The notes under the pieces were generated by a model. That model saw nothing but the letters and a program-made list of their open reading frames with translations, was not told where the DNA came from and ran no database searches. Source: Nageia nagi (lineage: Eukaryota > Plantae > Pinophyta). Taken from it: DNA of 64,000 nucleotides. Both the position numbers and the translations under genes were made by a program. Of this stretch, positions 25,279-37,670 are shown piece by piece (the stretch's first letter is position 1; each line of letters starts with the position of its first letter). The DNA lies in contig JBITNC010000001.1 in the NCBI GenBank assembly GCA_050084985.1, positions 129,394,001 to 129,458,000 of the forward strand. Direction: 5' to 3'.

Positions 25279-26074
25279 TTTTTCCTCTTTTGAATTATCC
25301 ACTAATGAAAGCAAAGGATAATTCAAAAATTTCCTTTTTCTTTTGAAAAGTGGGCATATCCAAGTCTCTTAACTTATGTGTTCAACTCTAGTTGATGTTT
25401 TAAATTAACCTAGTCTCTTGAGTAAGTCAAATTTGATTTTCTTGATCCATGATTAAATTGGGTTCTAATCTTTTGCATTTGATGTATTTTTAAAATAGTG
25501 ATGTTATATGTTAAAATAACACTTATGTTTATCTTTGTACCATATGTTGTTATGTGGAAGGCATGTGACGAGACTCTAGTTCATCTCCATATGCCAAAGC
25601 GAGTACATGATAAAAAGCTTATTTATATAATTGATTTGATTATTATACTCTTTATCTTGATAGTGAGGTTACATGATGATATTATGCAAAAAGGTCATAA
25701 TATATTTTTAAGTCCTATTTAAGTTTTTCAAATTTTGAATCATTTATAAGACTTAACTTTTATAAAGCATATCACATTGTTCAAGATGAAAAATAAGAAA
25801 CTTGTTCATTTTAACTTGACACCCTCTCTTTTTTTTGAAAATTTGGTTTTGGATGATTTTCAAAGTTTTTAGAAAGTCATTGGCATTCTATGTGTATCAC
25901 CAACATCTAATATAAATCATCAACATCCGAATCTATGAGAAAATAAAAACAAAAAAGTGACATTTTTTTTTCTAGATGTTACTTTCTCTAGCTTATCTGA
26001 GCTCTATTGGCTACCACATATTTTATGCACTTTTACCTCCTACATCAACTTCCTATTATTTTCTATGTGCTAGT

Positions 26075-28450
26075 ATGCCATCAAGGAGGAGACAAGTCAA
26101 CAAGATGAGGCCTATCCATGTTGAGGTAGGGTTTTAAAACCTTGTTTTTAATTTTTTATTTAAATATGTATTTTTCTAACTTAAATTTAGAAATAAATTA
26201 TATACAAACATTTAATTTAGTCCTTTAATAGTTTTTGATCATTTATATTTTTTAGATTAGGTTATTTTTTATGTTTTTGAATTTTTTAATTTTGAAACCT
26301 ATGGTTGTTGGCTAGGGTTGAAGGGTTTTAGGGTCATCGATGGACACTAATGATTCTACAACTTAATGATAGACTCACCAATGTTTTTACCCTAAGTTAA
26401 TTTTTTTATTGTAATATATTACATATTCTAGGATAGAGATATTTTTGAGCCTAGAGGTCAATATCCTACGATTCTTGCTAAGGGATGCACATTTCTTAAT
26501 GATGTAGATCATGCATTTCTTTAAGATGTGAGGTTTGATATTGGACCCCTCATGGGTCACATTCAATGGGATTACCCCCTATTGTTGTGCTACTTGAGAG
26601 GTGGGATTCCACTACCTCCATATTTTTATCTCCCAATAGGGGAGATAATTATAATTATAGAGTAAATATATCACCTCTTCCATTTACCTATTTAGGGTGA
26701 GCATATTTGATACATCATCAATTGATATGATGCTCAGGTAGCTATATCCTACTTATATAGACTAATAGGATGGCTAGCATTATGTATAAGATCAAATCAA
26801 GTGGTATTATATAATATCAGTTATGGAGAGAGGACTAGTAGGGGAGCATCAAATTCTCATACTTGATGGGTTTGATCTAGTTTTATGCTTTTCTTAACAC
26901 ATGGAGTGGATGATTCCCATGGTCTCTTGTTCAGGTTATGGTGGAAATGCTACAACATAGCATGATATTTTATTGGATTCCCACTTTATTAATTCAATGA
27001 TACAAGGAGTTATTTTTCTATACTCATGGGAAGAGGATCTCCTTGATAATTAATATCACATTGCAAGCATGGGCATATGAGCATCTAGTCATTGCATGCC
27101 CTAATGGGCTTTTAGATCTAAGGGTTTTTGATACAAATCCTTATATAGAAGAGATTTGGAGGTGGCATGAGCATTATTACATCTATCCCATAGATGGAAT
27201 TTAATGAGATGTTAGATATTATCATGGAGTGTTGATTCATCTTGCACCTAATCATATCATGTTTCATTCTTATCAGTAGTACCCAGCATGGGAGGAGGCA
27301 AATGAGGAGCTTATGGGTATTCGATAGGCCAAAGTTCTTAGTGGTCATCAGATAAAGTTATTTTAGTATTTTCACTTTAAGCATATTAGATACCAATTTG
27401 GTTTAGTTTAGGATGTTCCTCTAGATTTTGTACATTATAAGAGAGAGGGTGTTATTATTATAGATAGACTAGATCCCCTCATTTATGCTAAGCTTGATCC
27501 TATTAGTGATAAGGATATTGATGAGTATGATGTGGGAGTCACCAAGGTTTATGTTGCTTAGTGGTGTTCAAATATGGAGGAGGTTAATGAGGGTCAACAT
27601 GTATGAAAAAGAGTGGGTGATGTAGTTGAGAAGCCAATAAGACTATAGGAGAGTAGGTACCTGACATGGAGATACCCTAATAAGGGGACATACCTTAGAT
27701 GGAGATTCACATAGAGGAGGATCTACCCCATGGTGAGGCTACTTAGGAGGAGAAGGTACTAACCCCACAAGTTTAGAGTATTGATTCTTTGCTAGGAGAG
27801 ATCAAGGAGCTCAAGGTTTTACTTGGGAAATCTTGATCGATGTTTGCTTAATCTCACCAAGATAGATAAGTTTTGAGAGATAAACTATAACAAATTTTCC
27901 ACTCAAAGGAGGATTGTATTCATTATAAGGTTGAGAAAGATAGATATCATCAGGATAGAGACATGGCTTGGAACACTATTTAGTATTTACATCAATAGAT
28001 AGGGTCTGAGGGTACTGTATGGGGATCAAAGCAACATTAAATAGCCTTTATTAAGGACATATGTATATAGAGGGATTATTAGTGAGGTGTTCCTAACACA
28101 TGGCTTGTGGGTATTACTATGTATTATTCATGTTTAGACTACCCAATACCTGCTCTAGGCTACATTCCATTAGATATTCACACTATACCTCACCTAGTAG
28201 GTAGTGATACTCATGATGGTACCAGTGTATAAGGGTTGAGAGGTAGGATTTAGGTAGCTCCTAGTAGGATTATCATAGCTATATCCTATCATTATTGACC
28301 TGCATCTATATTGCTTTAAGCTGCTGATTGAGAGAGGAGTTTGGGTAGTTAATTAATACAAAGAGGGATTGATATTGGTCAGACTAATGGCCATGGTAGA
28401 GAGACTAGTGGTTAAGAGGATGCTCCTGATATTGGGGGTTTTTATACATT
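26075..28450 (+). pseudogene. Antisense spliced PMD gene in element B; exon 1 26075-26125, intron 26126-26431, exon 2 from 26432
   Basis: Exon 1 is MPSRRRQVNKMRPIHVE. Donor GAG|gtaggg and acceptor ttctag|GAT. Exon 2 reads DRDIFEPRGQYP..LERWDSTTS..LQAWAYEHL (~27061)..QFGLV*DVP (~27395). The 3' end is approximate. Confidence 0.88.
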
Positions 28451-29419
28451 ATGATATTATTTCTAGATTATGAACTCATGTGTGTGCAATGATGTTCATT
28501 TCCATCTCTTAACATTCTCAAACTTAATGTTTCATGAGTATAAAATATATAAGCTAATTCATCCTTATGAAATGCACATAGGTCCATATTAAGGACTTGA
28601 CATATCACCACTCATAAGGTATACCCCATTTCTAGATAGGTATCCATAGCCTCGATGAGGATTAACCTCTAGATTCCACTACAACCTTGCTCTACTACCA
28701 ATCAAGCATCCATAGCCCTGGTAGAGGATATTGTATTCACCTAAGAATCATGTAATTTCTTTCTTATATATTTTTTCCTTTTGTGATTGTCTTATTTGTT
28801 TTTTTGATTCTCAGGTTTGGGATAAAGCAAATAATAGGATGGATAGTTAATCTTTTTGATTGAAATTATGCTCAAATAATATCTTATTTCTAACTATTTT
28901 GAGATTATTTAAAAATGCAAAAGTGTAGGAGTTGATAATATCTTGAAATGCATCAAAATTATGTTTGTTTATCATCCTAAGTTTTAAAAACTTCATAGAA
29001 GATATATTGATAAAATTGGATAAGAATATTAAATTTAAAAATTATTTCTTTATTCATATATACAAGTATATTTACACATCATATGTGAATGGATGTGAAA
29101 TTCATACATATATCTTGGTAAATTACTAGATAATCATGTTTGACACTCAATATTCATATGAAAATGAAACACATAAACAATGTATAATGAACATGATGGT
29201 ATGATGTGAGTATATAAGGAATTGCACCCAATAGCCAAGATGCTTCAAAAATATAGTTTCTAAGTATATATACATAATAATTTTTATATTTTTACAAAAT
29301 AAATTTAGTTTTTTATTTTTTAAATATTTTGATTTTTTTTTTACTTTTTGAAATATCTTAGTTTTTAGGGATTTTTATTATTTTTTGGTTTTTATATCTT
29401 TTTGTGGGTCTAATATTTA

Positions 29420-30125
29420 TCTAACTCTTCATGATTAAACCCATGTCATATGAAAGATTGTAATAATTAACTATGAGAGATGATATGGAAATGACATTGT
29501 GTATGAAGGGAATGATTGATGGATTAATGGGTTTGGTGATATACAACAACAAAAGAAAACATGGAATCCCAATAGAAAATATTTTGTGATACTACATGGG
29601 TGATGGTTAGTGCATCGAATGAATCATGTAAGTGTAGTGATGGGGATCCAAGAAATACAATGAGTTAACATACAAATGTATTGAAATGTGCATTGAGTGA
29701 AATCCTCAATATGAAATCTTGTCTAGAGAGTAAAAAAATGAGGTTTTGGAGAAACTCTTCATCAGGTATATCATAAATGAAGTAAGTTCCCCAACATGGT
29801 TCATTATTGATTATGACATTCACATATAAATAACCATATAATTCACCAAATGCTCTATTATATTTATCAAGAGCACTTGAAAATGTTGCCATGAAAAGGA
29901 TTTTATGTTGAATACAATCAAGCAACTCATGAAAATGATTTAGATCGACATTTGTTGATGGGATGTATCTATCTATAGGAAATGTACATTGTGAACATGT
30001 GGTATGGAGAGAAGACAATTCCCAACTAATAGGTGGCACATGAAATGAGTAAAATATAGGTTGATTGGTAGGTTCAAAGATACAATGAGGATAACTCACG
30101 ATATGTGTTATGTATGAATGCCTAC
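29420..30125 (-). pseudogene. Accessory ORF3 of element B
   Basis: The 144-aa ORF 29665-30099 is homologous to A 9584-10310. Confidence 0.8.
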
Positions 30126-30310
30126 CTGCAATGTTATATTATGAAATTCAAAAACTATCAAAAGTTAATATAAAATGAATATATATATAGCTTTATTTGC
30201 ATGAATTTGATGACAAATCATGACACAGATTTAAAGTAATATATATACAAGATATATGTACAATATGTACATAATATTTTTGGGAAGATTTTGACATTTT
30301 CTATTTTTTA

Positions 30311-30341
<31 letters not shown>

Positions 30342-30389
30342 GGTTTTGTTACTTATCATTTTGATTTTTAGCATGATGCAAAGTGATTG

Positions 30390-31693
30390 ATAAATATTAA
30401 ATGGGATTTCCAAATGGACCTTTTTCGAATGATCTAACACTCACAAATAAAAAAGTAGCAACATGAAGGTCTCAATCAAATATGAGTGGGACCTCATCTA
30501 GGGATGGATGGTTGAAAATGAATGGGGTATAAAATGAGTGGTGGAGGTATTATTGTAGGTGATGGTGTATGTTATGGTTTAAACTTCCCAATAACTCTCT
30601 TAAGTTCCATGGATGAAAATGATGCTTCATTATGTACTTTAGAGAGTTTATTAAGGATGGTATATATGTAGGATACAACAAATTAGGTGATGGTGGTATC
30701 AATGTTAACAAAGAGAGTGGTAATGGAACCTATGGTATTGGATTTTTAACAACTAAAATGACACTCATACTCTCTATACACATTGGAAAATATTTCACAC
30801 TTTATCTTTTAACTTATTCTTTTATTAATTCATTGAATGATTTGGTTGAATCATGCTTTGACACTCATATGATTATTTAGACAATAGTTCTTGCTAAATA
30901 ATGAAATATAATCATATCTAATTTCATCATTTATGATGGATGGGATGACATAGGACATTACTTAATCACATATAACTTCATTTCAAGAGATTGAATGCCC
31001 CATAAATTTGAAATTGACATGCTCAACACAATTCAATAATATTTTAGGTTTATCATAAGGCCAATGTATACCAAACCAATGTAATGAACTAATTTCAAAT
31101 TCTTATTCCATCCACATTTCTTGTGTTTCTACATTAATGATAACATTTAAACCATTTATATTTAGTGTCCATGTGTTTGATGTATGATTCTCAAAATATT
31201 TCATGGCTACCACTTTTTGTATTTCTCTTGGTAAAGCAAAGAAATGAGCAATAACTGTAGAAGGGTGTTTTCAAAGTAATGTCATGTAAACATATCATTT
31301 ATATCTATCCATAAGATCTTGATTAATGTAATCAAACTAAAATTATAATTTATATGGGGCTTCTAGTCCTTTTGGTTTTAAATATTTCCTTTGGTTATTA
31401 CAAAAAGGAGGAAGAAGAAACCTTGAATTCAAATGATAAAACTATCGATTAAGCTTTTGTTTAATTTTTTCTAATATTCAAGGTTTAGACACAAATGTGG
31501 TAGAAAAGTCATATATTCATTTTTTATGATATACATCTCCTTCAAGATGATTTATCCAACTTAGAATAGGATCTAAATTTTATGGATTATGAGATGCAAT
31601 ATCTAAAACATAATTATTGAAAATACAATCTAGTATGATTCATTTATTTTATGCATTTATTCCCAATGATACCAAAAGTATAAAAAGTAGACA

Positions 31694-31782
<89 letters not shown>

Positions 31783-32060
31783 ATTATCTTCCTTAACACA
31801 CATTTCCCATCCATCATATTTACCTAGACAATGCTTTAAAGCTTAAGTCCTTTGTATATCTATAGGTAGTCAAAGAAAGTTTTGAGATCCTTAAAAAATG
31901 AATCGTGTCAATTTGGATATAGCTATATATCCTAAATACCTTGGATTTTTAAACCATGGTATTTATCATATCCCTCTTATTTTTAATGATAAGTAAACAC
32001 ATTTTATCCTCTTTGTTGCCATATGTCCAATTAATTTACTTCTATAAGCTCATTGTAAGG
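30390..32060 (-). pseudogene. Accessory ORF2 of element B, interrupted by a (TA)n tract
   Basis: KHPSTVIAHFFALPREIQKVVAMKYFENHTSNTW..HWPYDKP is homologous to A 7856-9376. Confidence 0.75.
31698..31779. repeat. (TA)n microsatellite, ~82 bp
   Basis: Direct reading; absent at the homologous site in A (gatattcatatagat, ~8118). Confidence 0.95.
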
Positions 32061-35019
32061 CATTTTTTTTAGCTATATTTACAATATGTATAATATGAGA
32101 TAAAAGATCTTAAATATAGAAAGGATGAAGATTATTGATGTTTTTGTTTATACTCTTCATTTCAGTCCATGTTACCTAAATGATATACTCTCCAGCCAAA
32201 AAATTTCTTAATGATGTATGGTCCTAACCAATTAGGATCAAATTTATCATGAAGTTGACATTCCATTTGTTAACTTTGTTGATTTTCTTTAAGCACCAAG
32301 TATCATATATTAAATTCATAAATTTTGGTTTTTTTTTTCTATCAAAAGCTCTCCTAATATGATTTTGGTAAATTCACATGTGATCTAATGCATGAACTCA
32401 TCTCTCATCTAATAATAATAATTGATCTAATCATGCTTGATGAGATACTTCATTTGTAATGTAATCTTGAAAAGTAATTTATAGAGAGTCTATTTCTTTT
32501 TCTAGAGGCAATCTTGCTTTTTACCCATAAACTAAATCAAATGGATTTTCCTTTATAGAATTTCTAATGCTAGTGCAATATGCCTATAAAGCATGTGGAA
32601 TTCTTGCATGCCAATCTCTATGGGAATTATTAACTATTTTTAGAAAAATACTTTGAATAGTTTATTTGTAGCTTCAGCTTGTCCATTTTCCTAAGGATAA
32701 TATGGTGTCAAGAAACTAATACTAATATGAAATTCATTACATAAGGCCAATACCTCTTTATTTCTAAAAGTCTTTCCATTATCTATGATAATTTGAGTAG
32801 GAATTCTAAAATAATATATGATATGATGTTCTATGAATTATACTATTTTTGGGCCTTTTATAGAAATAATATGGATAGCTTTGACCCATTTTGTAAAATA
32901 TTTTGTAGTTGTTATTATAAATTTGTGGCCACCTAAATAGGTAGGAGATATTTTACCTATGAGATCCAATGACCATCTTGAAAATGGCCATAATTATTAC
33001 ATAAGTTGTAATATTTGAGATGGTTGATTGAATAAATTGGCATGTTTTTAATATGTAAAATATTTCTTAATGTATTCAACATAATCACATTTCATTGTAG
33101 GATAATAATATCCCATGTGCATTAGTCATTTTGTGATGGATTTACCTCTAAAGTGTCATCTACATATTCCATCATATGCACATGAAATTGTAATTTATGA
33201 GTCTGCCCACTCCAAATATCTAAACCATATTTCATTGAAACCTCTACCATATAGAACATCTCCTAACATGAAATAACAAGATGATTTTAATTTGGATTCC
33301 TTTTTTAGTTAATTTTGTTAAATTGAAAGGTAAAACTTCATCTCTCAAGAATTTAACTAATTGAATATACCATAAATTTCTATGTTCTATTGTAATATCT
33401 AGAACTTCATGTTCTACATTATCCATTTCTAATGAAGATTCAATGTGAATAGCTCATCGATGAGGATCATCTAGTATTAATGATCCAATCAATTCCATAG
33501 CATCAACAACCCTATTGGTTGATCTAGGTTCTTCTATTTCATACTTTTCAAATGATTGCAATAGAGTATCCACCAATTTTTTCTATTTTTGAAGCAAAGG
33601 TTCTTTACATTGGAAAATTCCTTTAACTTGATTTACGATTAACAATGAATCACCAATAAATTTTACTTTCTTTATTTTGAATTTTATGACAATTTTCATA
33701 ACTAATATTAAAGCTTCATAGTTAACATTATTGTTTGTGCATGGAAAATTAAGTTTGAAAGAGTATGGTATAGGCACTCCTAGTGGTGTAATAAATACAA
33801 CATCAACACCACTTTTCTCACATTGAGAACCATCAAAACATATTACCATATCCCATACTTCTTTGGGATCAATAGGAATTTCCATTTGATCTAGTTGGAA
33901 AATATATTCATCTGGAAATTCAATTATGAGAGGCTTATCAAATTGTAATGGTGCTTCTATAAGATAATCATCTATGACTTGATCTTTGATGGATTTTTGA
34001 CTTATAAATTGTAACTCAAATTTTGTTATTTAAATGCATAATCCATTTTGATGTTCTTACATTTTGACAAGTTTTATTCATCATATACTTTAATTGGTCT
34101 TCTTTGATGATCACATAAGTTGTATGATTTAACATGTAGTGTCTCAGCTTTTTTGTTGCAAAGACTATTGTTATATATAATGTTTTCATGTTTACATATC
34201 TTGTCTCATAATCAACTAGAGTTTGGCTAAGATAGTATATGGCTTATTCTTTATTATTTTTATTCTTTTCAAAAAGTATTATTCCTAAAGTAGATTTTAT
34301 AGCTATTAAGAAGCCATAAAGTAACTGAATTGCTTACACCACTTTGAAGGGGGCACCTCCTAGAGAACAAGTTCTCTCCTAAAATGAAACTATATTTCTT
34401 TCTTACCGATTACAATAGAGAAGGCCTCATATAAATAGCCCTTGTGACCCTTCACCTTTCAACCTATTACATGTGTGATAAATACTAATATAATATAAAT
34501 ATCATGTTATGGGATCATAATATTGCCACCCCCTTAAGCAAGCTTTGTCCTCAAAGCTTGTACACACCATACATCAAAACATAATAGCCTACAAACATTA
34601 ACATATTCCTACCATACATCACCACATAATAGCATACTAATATACTAAGGAGGGTCATTACATTATTGATCTCTTTGAAAAGCTTTATCCTTAAAGATTT
34701 CTAAAATACAAAGTATAATCCCTCCATAAACAATAGAGAGAGTAAGAAGCCAAGGAATCCAACTCATCCAAAGTAGCCAACAATGCACCAAATCTAAATA
34801 GGAGCCCATATGAGTATCAAAATCTCATAAAGGTAATGATAATGTTGTTTTCAAGGATGGGAAACAAAAGTAATGATCCAAAAGAATCAATAAAAAAACT
34901 ACTACACTATTGCTGTGCTTTGAAGCTTTCCTACAAAGCTATGAAGTCTATCTACTGCACTTTGAAATCTTAGCATGAATACTATATGAAATCCTCCTAC
35001 CCTCCCATGTCCATTCTAA

Positions 35020-35400
35020 TATAAGTGAGAGAGGTATCCTCACACTATAGAACATGCTCCAATAAATTTGAAGAAACTATATCCACATCATATACACTAA
35101 TAAAAGTGAGAAAAATAACCTCACACTCTACAACATGCACTAATAAACCTAAAGAAATAGGATCCACATCATCTACACTGATACAAGTGAGAGGAAGGAC
35201 CTCACACTCTACAACATGCTCCAATAAAATTTAAGAAACTTGACCCATATGATCTACAATGATACAAGTGAGAGGAAGGACATCACACTCTACAACATGC
35301 TCTAATAAACATAAAGAAACTGAATCCACATCATCTACACTGATATAGGTGAGAGGAAGGACCTTAGCCTCTACAACATGTTCTTCTAAAATCAAAGGAA
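35020..35400 (-). repeat. 81-bp (27-codon) minisatellite, ~5 units, in the left internal copy
   Basis: aagtgaga recurs at ~35023, 35104, 35185, 35266 and 35347; the unit translates as LEHVVECDVLPLTCISVDDVDSVSLCL-like. Confidence 0.88.
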
Positions 35401-37295
35401 CTAAATCATCATGAAGAACCTCCTCATGAAAAATTAGATTATTAGGGATATGAAGACATTTCTTTTCCATTTTTATAAATTTATCCAATACATCCTAAAA
35501 ATGCCTAATTGCATCACCAACTTGTGCTGAATCATCATGTAGACTTTCCCATACTTCCTTATTTATTTTTTTGGAATAATATTAATAATATAAAAATTTC
35601 TTGATTACTATGAAAAATAAATCAAATCCTCTTACAGCTATTACTATAGATAGGCACCATGAATAACCATCCATATCTAAAATTTGATACAAAACTGATA
35701 TCGTATGCAATAATTATGAAGATTTCTTTTTTTCCCCTTTTTTATCAAACTTTCAATCACCAAGTCTATAACAAATTGGAAAAAACAACTTGAAATAATC
35801 TAAAGTGTTTTCTAAACATGTATTATATTGATATATGAAAACCATAAAGTTTCAAAACAAAATTCAAATGGATGAAAAATATATGGTCGATTTACTCTTA
35901 CATCATCTAGATCTTAGAGCATTTATAAGGATACCCCAATGTTCTTTTAACAAAATATTCAATGTAACTCCAAACACTCTAAAATTTAAATTGTTTATTC
36001 TTGAGATACATATATGAAAACCCTCTAAACTTAAATAGCAAAATCTCAAGGATGAAAATGATATGATCTAATACTTTTTCCCTTTTTTCATAATTCTATA
36101 TTTAGGGTTTATAAAGGGAAACACAAATCTTCTCAAAAATTGACTAATACAAATTCAAATGACCTAAAATTTTTAAATAATGAATCTCATATCTATACCA
36201 AACTTATCCAAAAATTTTAGAAGCAAAAACCCCTTATAACACCCTATACATCTACTTTATTATGAAAATTGAAATGTTTATAAAATATGCAAATGAGCTC
36301 CAAAGTATCTAAATTTTGTTTTTTTTCTTATTTACATGATTATCCACAAAAAATAAAAATTTTAGAAAAAAAATCATTCATATGTGTGAGATATGAATGA
36401 TTTAATTTGAGTGAACCTAAAACAAAAAACCCTCCAACTTCCCAAAACCCACAAGTGCTAAGACCATGATCTGATATTAGATGTTAAGAACCCACTATTT
36501 TGTAATAACATGATTATTCATAAGTACATATAAAACCATTACAATATGAAAATACCATTAAAATATGTAAAACCATTACAAATACCACTTACTGAAGTAA
36601 TTGAATTGCTTGCACCACTTCGAAGGGGGCACCTCCTAGAGAACAAGTTCTCTCCTCAAATGAAACTATATTTCTTGCTCTCCCATTAAAATAGGTAAGG
36701 TATCATATAAATAGACTTTTTGACCCTTCACCTTCCAACCTATTACTTTTGGAATAAATATTAATATAACATAAATAACATGTTATGAGTTCATAACATT
36801 GCCACCCCATTAAGCAAGGTTTGTCCTCAAGCTTGTACACACCATACATTAAAATATAATATTCTACATACATTAACATAATCCCACCACACATAAGCAC
36901 ATAATAGCTTTCTAATCTAATAAAAGGGTCATTATATTACCAACCTATTTTAAAAGCTTTTTCTTCAAATCTTTCCAAAATACAAAGTACAATCCCTCCA
37001 TAAACAATAGAGAGAGTAAGAAGGCAAGGAATCCAACTTGTCAAAGGTAGCCAATAATGCACCAAATATAAATAGGATCCCATATGAGTATCAAAATCTC
37101 ACCAAGGTGATGATAATAATATTTTTAGTGAGTGGGGAAAAAAATAATGATTCAAAAAAATCAACAAAAAAACCACCATGTTGTTGTTGTGCTCTAAAGC
37201 CTTCCTGCAAAGCTTTGAAGGTTATCTACTGTGCTTTGAAATCTTGGCATGAATACTATATGAAATGATACTACCCTAGCATTTTCATGCTAATA

Positions 37296-37670
37296 AAAGA
37301 GAGAGGGGTATCCTCACACTAATATAAAATGCTCTAATAAACCTAAATAAATTGTATCCACATCATCTACACTAATACAAGTGAGAAAAATGACCTCACA
37401 CTCTACAACATGCACCAATAAACATGAAAAAATATGATCCACATCATCTACACTAATACAAGTGAGAGGAAGGACCTCACACTATACAACATGATCCAAT
37501 AAAATTGAACCACATCATCTAAACTAATACAAGTGAGAGGAAGGACATCCCACTCTACAACATGCTCTAATAAACATAAAGAAACCGAATCCACATCATC
37601 TACATTGATACAAGTGAGAGGAAGGACCTCACCCTCTACAACATGTTCTTCTAAACTCAAAGGAACTAGA
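37296..37670 (-). repeat. 81-bp minisatellite, ~5 units, in the right internal copy
   Basis: Same unit; overlaps ORF 37448-37831 (-). Confidence 0.88.

Noticed and set aside
28620-28735. Hammerhead ribozyme (retrozyme) in the conserved 3' motif or in the tandem element's LTRs
   Set aside because: I found no intact CTGANGA...GAAA core with flanking helices; ctcgatgagg is only a partial resemblance. An Infernal search would settle it.
35020-35400. Regularly spaced repeats as a possible CRISPR array
   Set aside because: The whole 81-bp units are similar, with no unique spacers. The context is a eukaryotic retroelement and there are no cas genes.
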